In this document: piece by piece, positions 9,060-18,263 of the stretch
Numbering within the stretch: the stretch's first letter is position 1
How the letters are laid out: the number at the start of each line of letters is the position of its first letter
DNA from: Phycisphaeraceae bacterium
Lineage (GTDB): Bacteria; Planctomycetota; Phycisphaerae; Phycisphaerales; Phycisphaeraceae
Length of the DNA stretch: 64,000 bases
Assembly (NCBI GenBank): GCA_963674705.1
Contig: OY771506.1
Coordinates: 4,416,001 to 4,480,000 of the forward strand
Direction of reading: 5' to 3'
Notes under the pieces: generated by a model
What the model saw: the letters and a program-made list of their open reading frames with translations, nothing else
Told to the model about the DNA's origin: nothing
Databases searched by the model: none
Position numbers and translations under genes: made by a program

Positions 9060-11183
9060 ATGTCCAGCGGAATGATCAAGCGTTCGGCCGGTGTTGCAGC
9101 CATTTGCACATCCGCTGTTGCGCTGTCAGCCGTGCAGGTGACGGCGGGTGTCTTCGAGTCCTCGACCGTATTCACCTCGGGTGAAAGCGGCTATACCTGT
9201 ATCCGCATTCCCACCATCATCAAAGCAAACAACGGGATGTTGCTGGCATTTGCCCAGGGGAAGTACGGCAGTTGTAGTGACTTCGCCGACAGCGATATGA
9301 TCTTGAAGCGCAGTACCGATGGCGGACGAACATGGGGCCCGTTGCAGGTGCTTGATACCAACGGCACCGGTGTGACCGGTGGCGCCTGCCCGGTGGTGGA
9401 TGCAGCGACAGGGACAATAGTGGTACCGTTCATGCGGGACGCTCAGCCCTATCTGATGCGCAGCACGAATAACGGCGCATTCTGGACGGGGCCGTTCCCT
9501 TTAGCGTCGCAAGTGTTCTCAAGCGAATGGTCGGCTATGGGGTTTGGTCCGGTACACGGTATTCAACTCCAGAACGGACCAAACGCGGGGCGTTTAGTCA
9601 TCCCCTGCAAGAGCATCCTGGCCGATCAGAACCTGGAACCGGACGGACGCGAATCGCACGTTGTATACAGCGACGACGGCGGCGTCACCTGGGCCATCGG
9701 CGGAAGTATGAAGAATCCCAATGCCGGATTCGGCCCCAATGAATCAACCGTGGTTGAGTTGAATGACGGTAGCCTGTACTTGAGCGCTCGTAACCAAGGC
9801 GGTGGCTCTCGTCATCGACTGGTCGGCTTCAGCCCCGACGGTATTCAGGACTTCGACGGCGACCCGAACGACGGCATCAATTCCAGCGTTGTAGATACCG
9901 GCCTTGTCGATGCACAGGTCCAAGGTTCGCTACTGAGAGCTTCGGCTGATCGCATTATCCACAGCCACGTCGTCAACGACACCACCGACCGCTATCACCT
10001 CACGATCTCCAGCTCCTTCGATGAGGCGCAATCCTGGTCCGACCACAAGTTGATTCATCGCACACGTACCGCGTACTCCGATCTTGTAGTGGCACAGGGC
10101 GGTGAGATCGGTGTGATGTATGAAACCGGCACCTATACCGAGATCCGCTTCGGCTGGTTTGATGAATCATGGTTAGACGACACCGCTATTGTTCACTACG
10201 ACTTCAGCACAGCCAACTTCGCCTCCGACGGTGGTGTCAACAAGTTCCGCAGCACAAGCGGCTTTGACTATGACGCCCAGGCTCTGTCCTTTGTCACGCA
10301 TGTCGCGGGCAGTCAGGACTACGAGGGTGACGGCGCTATCCGTTTCTCCCTCGCCGCCAGCGGCGACACCCTGCGCATGTTTGATGCCACCGCCGACAGC
10401 AACCTTGAGTTTGAGCATGAGGACAGCTTCACAATAGAGGCTGTTTTCAACACATCGAACCACGACACCAATGTCGGTGTGATTCTGGACAAGAGTGAAA
10501 CAGGAAACAGCAACGGTGAATTCTCACTCGAGGTCGAGAACAGCAAAGTTAAATTCCACCTGCGTGACTTAAACGGCCTCGAAGCCAACCTGCTGAGCAG
10601 CATCGACGTCAACGATGGCCTCTGGCACCACGTCGCCGCTGTACGCGATGCGAACGAGAAGCGGCTGTATCTCTATGTCGACCACCAGTTCGCTGGCACC
10701 GTCGTCGACCAGACGACTGCCGACTTCGGTGACATCGCCTTCGGCCAAGCCGAGGTCCCGATCATCGGCTCTGACGCCCAAGGCCTCTTTCAGTTCGGTG
10801 GAGATCTACAGCATTTGAAGATTTCAATGGCCGCGCTGGCGCCGGATCAGTTCCTGCAAAAACTCAACACTGGGTTGGTGGGCGACCTGAACGGTGATGG
10901 ATATGTCGGGCTGGATGACTTGGACATCGTCCTGAGTCACTGGAATTTGACGGTCCCACCAGGAGATGCCGCGGCTGATCCGACCGGCGACGGATTCGTT
11001 GGCCTTGATGATCTTGATATCGTGCTGAATAACTGGAATACTGGAACACCACCCACATTCGTAGCGATCCCGGAACCCGGGACCACAACTTGCCTGTTTT
11101 TAACTACAGTGCTTATTTCTTATTGGCGCAGCCAGGTTCGGCTGCCACACCACAATGTCCGTACGGATGGAAGAGAAGTTTGA
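9060..11183 (+). CDS. GH33 sialidase-like + LamG + dockerin-like + PEP-CTERM (divergent copy)
   Basis: CIRIP, Asp-boxes, GPNES, AYS; DGLWHHVAAV; two GDG(F/Y)VGLDDLD repeats; IPEP. RBS-like sequence before ATG 9060. Confidence 0.85.
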   Translation: MSSGMIKRSAGVAAICTSAVALSAVQVTAGVFESSTVFTSGESGYTCIRIPTIIKANNGMLLAFAQGKYGSCSDFADSDMILKRSTDGGRTWGPLQVLDTNGTGVTGGACPVVDAATGTIVVPFMRDAQPYLMRSTNNGAFWTGPFPLASQVFSSEWSAMGFGPVHGIQLQNGPNAGRLVIPCKSILADQNLEPDGRESHVVYSDDGGVTWAIGGSMKNPNAGFGPNESTVVELNDGSLYLSARNQGGGSRHRLVGFSPDGIQDFDGDPNDGINSSVVDTGLVDAQVQGSLLRASADRIIHSHVVNDTTDRYHLTISSSFDEAQSWSDHKLIHRTRTAYSDLVVAQGGEIGVMYETGTYTEIRFGWFDESWLDDTAIVHYDFSTANFASDGGVNKFRSTSGFDYDAQALSFVTHVAGSQDYEGDGAIRFSLAASGDTLRMFDATADSNLEFEHEDSFTIEAVFNTSNHDTNVGVILDKSETGNSNGEFSLEVENSKVKFHLRDLNGLEANLLSSIDVNDGLWHHVAAVRDANEKRLYLYVDHQFAGTVVDQTTADFGDIAFGQAEVPIIGSDAQGLFQFGGDLQHLKISMAALAPDQFLQKLNTGLVGDLNGDGYVGLDDLDIVLSHWNLTVPPGDAAADPTGDGFVGLDDLDIVLNNWNTGTPPTFVAIPEPGTTTCLFLTTVLISYWRSQVRLPHHNVRTDGREV

Positions 11184-11185
11184 AG

Positions 11186-13234
11186 ATGAAGATTCTGACT
11201 TATGCAATTGCCGTGCTGTTGATGACAAGCGTATCCTTAGCCAGCACCATGGTTGAGACCACGGTATATGATCGTGGTGAGGGCGGCTATTACGGCTTCC
11301 GCATCCCAGCGATAGTACAGGCGCAAGATGGTACGATTCTGGCTTTTGCTGAAGCACGCAAAAACAGTCTTAGTGACTTTGGCGACATCGACCTGGTTGT
11401 GAAACGCAGTTACGACGGCGGGCAGACGTGGAGCGCTTTGCAGATTATCAACAGTAACGGAACAGCAGAATCCGGCAACCCCGCTCCGGTTGTCGACCAG
11501 ACAACAGGCGACATCCTTATCCCGTTCACTAAGGATCGCCAAACAGTCTGGTTATCCCGCAGCGTCAACAACGGTGTCACCTGGACCGCCCCTGTGAACA
11601 TCACGTCCATGGCCAAACTTCCCACGTGGGACGGGATCGGCTTGGGCCCGAACCATTCGATCCAACTCGAGCGCGGCCCCAACGCGGGACGTATCGTGAT
11701 CCCCAGCAATCACAACCTGCTCGGGCAGAATCTTGAACCGGACGGTCGTGAGATCAGCCTGATTTATTCAGATGATGGCGGTGCGACGTGGAATGTCGGC
11801 GGAACCCTGATCAACACCACCGCAGGGATCGGGCCCAATGAATCGAACGTCACCGAACTGGTGAACGGTACGCTCTATGTCAACGCTCGCAGCCAGGGCG
11901 GATTCAGTCGACATAGACTGATCGGATACAGCAACGATGCGGGCCTGTCATTTACAGGCCAGGCACAGTTTGACTACGGCCTGGAAGACCCACAAGTTCA
12001 GGGTTCGGTTGTGCGCTATTCGGCAGTTGATATGGGCGACAGCCAGAATCGGCTGCTGTTTTCCAATCCAAAAACGCAGGACTCCCGCGTCCGACTTCAT
12101 GTTCGTAGCTCGTTTGATGAATCATTGACCTGGAATGAGGGCAAGATGATTAATCGCGGTCCCAGTGCCTACTCGGACCTGGTCACACTCAATGATGGCA
12201 AGATCGGTGTGCTCTATGAATGGGGCAATACGACAGGCTATGAAGAAATTCGATTCGCCACCTTTACCGAGCAGTGGTTGGACGACCCGACCGTGCTGCA
12301 ACTGAACTTCGACGAACAGGCTAGCGGGACCGCCCCATCCACCAGCAACTATCTGAAAGACAGCCGTGGATACGGCCTGAATGGCACGGCCTCAAACGGC
12401 CCTACCTTTGTCCCGGGCGACCCGCGTTACGCAAACGGTGCGGCACTTCGTTTCACTGCTGGGATTGACGAGGTGCGCATCGATGACAGCAACAATTCGA
12501 TGTTAGACTTCGAGGCGGAGGACAGCTTCACGCTTGAGGTCGTGTTCCGCACCACCGACCACAGCGGGACGACCGCCAACGAAAGCGGACCGTTGATCAG
12601 CAAAGATATCGGTTCAGGGTTGCCCTCTTACTTCCTGCGTGTACAGGATTCGAAAGCCCGGTTCCTTGTTTCGGACAATTCAACTTTGACGTCACTGTAC
12701 AGTAACGTGGACGTGAATGATGGTGAATGGCACCACCTTGCGGCGATCCGCAATAAGGAAGCCGGCAGGTTGTTTCTCTATATTGACTACCTGTTTGCCG
12801 GCTCAGTGATTGACACAACAACCGGCGACTTCGCCAACTCCAGCGATCTGCTGATCGGTTCGTTTAACGACAGCTCCGGCACAACGGACAAACAGTTCAA
12901 CGGCGACATCGACTTTGTTCGCATCTCGGCGGGCGCGTTATCTGTGTCGGAATTCATCTTACCTTACGATCTGGTGGGTGATCTGGATGGCGACGGCTTT
13001 GTCGGGCTGGATGACCTGGATATCGTGCTGGGCAGCTGGAACCAGAATGTCCCGGCCAATTCCATCGCCGACCCATCGGGTGACGGCTTTGTGGGGCTCG
13101 ATGACCTAGACGTTGTTCTCGGTAATTGGAATGCGGGTACCCCTCCCAGCGAGAATATCGTACCCGAGCCAATGACACCCTGCGGCATAATCGGTCTACT
13201 GAGCTTGTTTATATGCAGCCGCCGTCACTCTTGA
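11186..13234 (+). CDS. GH33 sialidase + LamG + dockerin-like + PEP-CTERM
   Basis: Signal peptide from MKILTY; FRIP, AFAEAR, Asp-boxes, SAYS; LamG; dockerin-like pair; VPEP. Confidence 0.9.
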   Translation: MKILTYAIAVLLMTSVSLASTMVETTVYDRGEGGYYGFRIPAIVQAQDGTILAFAEARKNSLSDFGDIDLVVKRSYDGGQTWSALQIINSNGTAESGNPAPVVDQTTGDILIPFTKDRQTVWLSRSVNNGVTWTAPVNITSMAKLPTWDGIGLGPNHSIQLERGPNAGRIVIPSNHNLLGQNLEPDGREISLIYSDDGGATWNVGGTLINTTAGIGPNESNVTELVNGTLYVNARSQGGFSRHRLIGYSNDAGLSFTGQAQFDYGLEDPQVQGSVVRYSAVDMGDSQNRLLFSNPKTQDSRVRLHVRSSFDESLTWNEGKMINRGPSAYSDLVTLNDGKIGVLYEWGNTTGYEEIRFATFTEQWLDDPTVLQLNFDEQASGTAPSTSNYLKDSRGYGLNGTASNGPTFVPGDPRYANGAALRFTAGIDEVRIDDSNNSMLDFEAEDSFTLEVVFRTTDHSGTTANESGPLISKDIGSGLPSYFLRVQDSKARFLVSDNSTLTSLYSNVDVNDGEWHHLAAIRNKEAGRLFLYIDYLFAGSVIDTTTGDFANSSDLLIGSFNDSSGTTDKQFNGDIDFVRISAGALSVSEFILPYDLVGDLDGDGFVGLDDLDIVLGSWNQNVPANSIADPSGDGFVGLDDLDVVLGNWNAGTPPSENIVPEPMTPCGIIGLLSLFICSRRHS

Positions 13235-13253
13235 TCACAAAGGATCTTTTCTT

Positions 13254-15320
13254 ATGAAGCTTTCGCTCTCAGCACTGCTTGTAAGTTGCCTGGCAGTCAT
13301 CCTTCCCGCGCAGGCAGACACCATGATCGAAAACACGGTCTTTGACATGGGGGAAGGTGGTTACTACGGCTTCCGCATCCCGGCAGTTGTGCAGGCGACT
13401 GATGGCACGATCCTGGCATTTGCTGAAGGTCGTAAGGATAGTCTTGGAGACAGCGGTAATATTGACTTAGTTGTCAAACGTAGCACTGATGGCGGCCTTA
13501 CATGGAGCGCTCTACAGGTAATCAGTGATAATGGTTCACAAGAATCAGGTAATCCTGCTCCGGTAGTCGACCTGGATACGGGGAATATCATTATTCCTTT
13601 CGTCAATGACCGGCAATACCCGCAAGTCAGTATCAGCACGGATAATGGACTGACATGGTCAACGCCTGTTGATATTTCAACAATGGCAAGACCATCTACC
13701 TGGAACGGGTACTACTTTGGCCCCAATCACGCAATCCAACTGCAACGCGGCGAGCATGCTGGCCGCATAGTGCTACCCAATAATCATGGGTTGGCAGGTC
13801 AACCACTGGAACCCGACGGTCGCGAAGTCAGCCTGATTTATTCGGACGATGGCGGTGTCACATGGAACGTTGGGGGCACGCTGGTCAATCCTACCGCAGG
13901 CATCGGTCCCAACGAATCATGTGTGACTGAACTTGTTGACGGCACACTGTATGTGAACGCGCGTAATCAGGGAACCTACAGCAGGCACCGTCTTATTGGC
14001 TACAGCGAGGACGCCGGCCTTAGTTTCACCGGCTTGGCAGAGTTCGAATACGACCTGGTAGACCCGCAGGTGCAGGGTTCTGTCGTTCGCTATTCAGCGG
14101 TGGATATGGGCGATGCATACAACAGATTGTTGTTCTCTAATCCAAAGACTACAGACTCTCGTACCAGACTGTTTGTGCGTAGTTCATTCGATGAGTCAGA
14201 GTCCTGGGATCAAGGAAAGATGATCCATCGTGGCGCATCTGCGTATTCCGATCTTGTTACGCTCAACGATAAACGGATCGGTGTTCTCTATGAATGGGGC
14301 GACACAACCCGTTATGAAGAGATACGTTTTGCGACGTTTACTGAATCATGGCTGGATGATCCAACTGTTCTACAATTGAATTTTGATGAACAGACCAGCG
14401 GCACAGCCCCATCAACCAGTGATTACCTGAAAGACAGCCGCGGCTATGGTCTGGATGGCACGGCATCGAACAGCCCGACTTTCGTCGAAGGTGATCCACG
14501 GTATCAAAATGGCGCCGCTCTCAGGTTTACCGCTGATACTGACGAGGTACGGATTGACGATGTGGGTGTCTCCATGACCGACTTTGAAGCGGAGGACAGC
14601 TTCACGCTCGAAGCTGTTTTCCGAACGACTGCACATAGCAGCACCAGCGCAACCGCGAGCGGCCCGTTGATCAGCAAAGACGTGGGCACATCACAACCGT
14701 CATACTGGCTTCGTATACAGGATTCCCGTATTCGGTTCCTTGTTTCCGATGGCAATTATGAACCTAATCTATATAGCGACGTCATCGTCAATGATGGTGA
14801 GTGGCATCACGTTGCCGCGGTACGTGATGCGGAAGCCGGCACGCTGAGTTTATATGTCGATTATGTGCTCGCTGGAACCATCGCAGATACAACGACAGGT
14901 GACTTCGGGAATGCGAATGACCTGTTAATCGGCACATTCAATGACAGTTCCGGAACGACCAGCAAACAATTCATCGGCGATATTGACTTTGTACGTATTT
15001 CGCAAGCAGCATTGAGTGTCGATACGTTTGTTCAGCCGTATGTGCTTGCGGGCGATCTGGATGGCGATGGGTACGTTGGGCTCAGTGACCTGGATATCGT
15101 ATTGCTTAGCTGGAATACAACCGTGACACCAGGCAGCATTCCTGCGGATGCAAATGATGATGGGTACGTGGGACTTGATGATCTGGATATTGTGCTGAAC
15201 AACTGGAATGAAAGCACGCCCCCTGAAGTTTCAATCCCCGAACCAGGATCTGCAATCATGCTGCTTGTATGTATTTTGACTAATCGGCTACTAATCCAAC
15301 GGCGAACTTTTCACTCATAA
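13254..15320 (+). CDS. GH33 sialidase + LamG + dockerin-like + PEP-CTERM (tandem paralog of 11186)
   Basis: Same architecture, with long stretches identical to the previous gene (e.g. WLDDPTVLQLNFDEQ). Confidence 0.9.
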   Translation: MKLSLSALLVSCLAVILPAQADTMIENTVFDMGEGGYYGFRIPAVVQATDGTILAFAEGRKDSLGDSGNIDLVVKRSTDGGLTWSALQVISDNGSQESGNPAPVVDLDTGNIIIPFVNDRQYPQVSISTDNGLTWSTPVDISTMARPSTWNGYYFGPNHAIQLQRGEHAGRIVLPNNHGLAGQPLEPDGREVSLIYSDDGGVTWNVGGTLVNPTAGIGPNESCVTELVDGTLYVNARNQGTYSRHRLIGYSEDAGLSFTGLAEFEYDLVDPQVQGSVVRYSAVDMGDAYNRLLFSNPKTTDSRTRLFVRSSFDESESWDQGKMIHRGASAYSDLVTLNDKRIGVLYEWGDTTRYEEIRFATFTESWLDDPTVLQLNFDEQTSGTAPSTSDYLKDSRGYGLDGTASNSPTFVEGDPRYQNGAALRFTADTDEVRIDDVGVSMTDFEAEDSFTLEAVFRTTAHSSTSATASGPLISKDVGTSQPSYWLRIQDSRIRFLVSDGNYEPNLYSDVIVNDGEWHHVAAVRDAEAGTLSLYVDYVLAGTIADTTTGDFGNANDLLIGTFNDSSGTTSKQFIGDIDFVRISQAALSVDTFVQPYVLAGDLDGDGYVGLSDLDIVLLSWNTTVTPGSIPADANDDGYVGLDDLDIVLNNWNESTPPEVSIPEPGSAIMLLVCILTNRLLIQRRTFHS

Positions 15321-16693
15321 TGACAACTCGACAGAATGACAATGATGACAGTGAATACTCCTCTACGTATCTAACGCGCAGACGGTTCCTGACAGCAGCC
15401 CTCGGCATTTCGGGATCGATGATCGCGGCTCCACCATTCCGGGGATGGAGTCAGGCGGCCACTGCCCCCAGTAGTCGAGTAATCGACGATAGTCAGTGGG
15501 GATTCGGTGACCAGGAAAAGGCACGCCTGGCCGGACTGCTTCAACACAAATTGCTTGATATGGCAGTAGTAGCTACTTTGCCTGAGAATGCAAAGGTTCG
15601 TCACTTGGGTTGGCCTGTGGCTACACGACTGCTTAATGGTCGGACAATTGTTTTGTTCCGTCGTGCAAGTGGGCATACTGACTCAGACGATGCCAGGCTT
15701 GCCGGGCATTACATCTTGTATTCCGATAATCTGATTGAATGGAAACCGCAGCAGCCGTTACGACTTGGCCCTGTGCCTGGCATGCATTGTATTGGCTCTG
15801 TGGTGGATGCGGACGGCAATGAGCGTGTCATTGCCATGACCAGTGGGAATCCTCAAACGCTGTATACAAGTGATGATCATGGTGTAACCTGGAAAGCCGA
15901 TGCACAAGCACTTCAGGGGATACTCAGGACCGCTGCTCATATCGGCCCGAACCTGATACAGCATCCTGACTTTGGTCTTGTGGCCGCTTTCGGTCAGGAA
16001 ACAAAAGGCGGACGCCGGAATTATCTTGTCAGTTCAACAGATGCGGGTAGGCATTGGCAAGAATGTATCTGGCTGAGAGATGTACCGGGCCGCGGCTTTG
16101 AACCGTCTGTAGTTACATGGGGTCCCGGCCATATGATCATGATTAGCCGGGAGACTTTAGCTGACTTTGCTATTGGGCCGAACGGACTTTGGGGTCATAG
16201 TCAACATGTATATCAGCATCATCATGCCAGTCCGCTATCTCTTGTGAATTTTAAAACATCACGGACTAACATTGTTGGTAATCCAGCTGCCGGTAATGGG
16301 TGTAACGATACCGCAGAAGTAATTTTTAATCCTGTCTCTCAACGTATTGAGGTACTCCAGAGTCACCGCTGGGGAGGTGGATTGGGCCGAACGGGTCGTA
16401 CTATTCCCAAAGATGAATCACTAGAAGTCAGTTCTCTTAATTTATGGAGTATCAATCCGGACGACTTGCTAGCTGGAAGCAGTACATGGCGTTTTGATGG
16501 AACTATCATTGAGCGAACCGGATTTAGCCGAAAAGGTAATCGTGATGGTCTGCATCCTGGAGGTTCTATCGTAGACATTGATGCTGGCATGCAACACATT
16601 TTCGTCTATGCCGGTTGGCGTAGATCCCCAGCGAGTATTTTTAGAATCAGTAGAACGTTAGATACAGACGCGTTGAGACGCGCTTTACTGTGA
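15320..16693 (+). CDS. Tat-exported Asp-box (BNR) beta-propeller, sialidase-like, function unknown
   Basis: TRRRFL twin-arginine signal; SDDHGVTW and STDAGRHW Asp-boxes; no RIP motif. Confidence 0.7.
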   Translation: MTTRQNDNDDSEYSSTYLTRRRFLTAALGISGSMIAAPPFRGWSQAATAPSSRVIDDSQWGFGDQEKARLAGLLQHKLLDMAVVATLPENAKVRHLGWPVATRLLNGRTIVLFRRASGHTDSDDARLAGHYILYSDNLIEWKPQQPLRLGPVPGMHCIGSVVDADGNERVIAMTSGNPQTLYTSDDHGVTWKADAQALQGILRTAAHIGPNLIQHPDFGLVAAFGQETKGGRRNYLVSSTDAGRHWQECIWLRDVPGRGFEPSVVTWGPGHMIMISRETLADFAIGPNGLWGHSQHVYQHHHASPLSLVNFKTSRTNIVGNPAAGNGCNDTAEVIFNPVSQRIEVLQSHRWGGGLGRTGRTIPKDESLEVSSLNLWSINPDDLLAGSSTWRFDGTIIERTGFSRKGNRDGLHPGGSIVDIDAGMQHIFVYAGWRRSPASIFRISRTLDTDALRRALL

Positions 16694-16748
16694 TATGTGA
16701 TATAAATACTAACCATACGCCAATATCGTCACAATTCTATGAACTGTT

Positions 16749-18227
16749 ATGAAAATACACACTATCCTGACTTGGTCACTTCTTACTACCTGCGTGCTGT
16801 CATCTATTTGGGGGTGTAGCGTTGAAAAGACCCAACATGTATCTGCAAAGCGATATAACGTTCTTTTCATCGCACTGGATGACCTTAACGCTGAAGTCTC
16901 ATCGTTTGGATCAGGTGTGGCTATAACGCCAAATCTTGACAAGCTTGCTGAGCGAGGCACATCATTTCAACATGCATATTGTCAGCAGGCCGTTTGTAAT
17001 CCATCGCGAGCATCGATTATGACGGGGATGCGTCTTGACACATTGCGTGTATGGGACCTACGTACACACTTCCGGGACACACACCCAGATATTGTCACTC
17101 TGCCGGAGTTGTTTAAGCAGAACGGATACTTCACACAAGGTATTGGGAAGCTATATCACAACTGGGGCAAGCTGACATACGAGGGCGATCCGCAATCATG
17201 GTCTGTGCCACAGGTTTATCACCATGCCCCACACTACAGCGATTGGTATATCCCTGGGGCGGCGCTAGGTACACCTGCGACCGTACAGAACGGCCCCACG
17301 CAATGTGTTGATGTGCCAGACGAGACATATTTTGATGGTCGTATTGCACAATTAAGTATCCAGGCACTCCGCGAACATAAAGACGAACCCTTCTTCCTGG
17401 CGGTTGGCTTTTGGAAACCACATTTGCCGTTCAACGCGCCTAAAAAGTATTGGGATATGTATGATCCTGCGAAGATTCCCGGCCCGATCCCTGCAACTCC
17501 CCCCCGCGACTGTCCAGACATTGCACTTCACAACTTCAAGGAATTACGTGGATATGCGGGGATGCCCAAGGAGGGCCAACCTACTGAACAGCAGGTACGT
17601 GAATTAAGGCACGGCTATTATGCAGCAATCAGCTTTGTTGATGCACAAATCGGCAAGGTCGTGGATGAGCTTGATCGCCTGGATCTGGCTGATTCCACGA
17701 TCATCGTTCTTTGGTCCGACCATGGTTTTCACATAGGAGAGCATGCCCTTTGGGCCAAGACTTCGAATTTTGAGCGTGACGCAAGAGTCCCGCTTATCAT
17801 CAGTGTACCGGGACAAGGAAAGAATGTCCGTTGCGAAGCGATGGTCGAGTTATTAGATGTTTATCCCACACTCGTCGAATTATGTGGTTTAAAACAGCCG
17901 GACCAACTTGAAGGCAACACACTTGTACCATTAATAACCAGCACCAATAGTGGACAAGAACGTGTCGCGCTGACACAACACCCACGCCCCCCCTACTACA
18001 AGGAAAAGGATGGTCCTACACATATGGGGTATTCATTACGCACCACCCGCTATCGATACACAGAGTGGCGGGATTGGCACACTGGTGAAGCAAGTGCAAT
18101 CGAACTCTATGATCATGATGTCGATCCTAATGAAGCCGAGAATCTGGCTAATCATCCGGATATGGTTGAGACGATCAAGCTGCTTTCAGCGAAGCTTGCT
18201 GAAGTTGCTCCTCGCGAGAAACATTAA
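16749..18227 (+). CDS. S1 sulfatase (iduronate-2-sulfatase-like), probable lipoprotein
   Basis: NVLFIALDDL, CNPSRAS (FGly motif), GKLYH, KPHLPF, SDHG; IWGC lipobox-like. Confidence 0.9.
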   Translation: MKIHTILTWSLLTTCVLSSIWGCSVEKTQHVSAKRYNVLFIALDDLNAEVSSFGSGVAITPNLDKLAERGTSFQHAYCQQAVCNPSRASIMTGMRLDTLRVWDLRTHFRDTHPDIVTLPELFKQNGYFTQGIGKLYHNWGKLTYEGDPQSWSVPQVYHHAPHYSDWYIPGAALGTPATVQNGPTQCVDVPDETYFDGRIAQLSIQALREHKDEPFFLAVGFWKPHLPFNAPKKYWDMYDPAKIPGPIPATPPRDCPDIALHNFKELRGYAGMPKEGQPTEQQVRELRHGYYAAISFVDAQIGKVVDELDRLDLADSTIIVLWSDHGFHIGEHALWAKTSNFERDARVPLIISVPGQGKNVRCEAMVELLDVYPTLVELCGLKQPDQLEGNTLVPLITSTNSGQERVALTQHPRPPYYKEKDGPTHMGYSLRTTRYRYTEWRDWHTGEASAIELYDHDVDPNEAENLANHPDMVETIKLLSAKLAEVAPREKH

Positions 18228-18263
18228 GCCACGGTTTAGCACACACAGTAAATAGATGGAATC

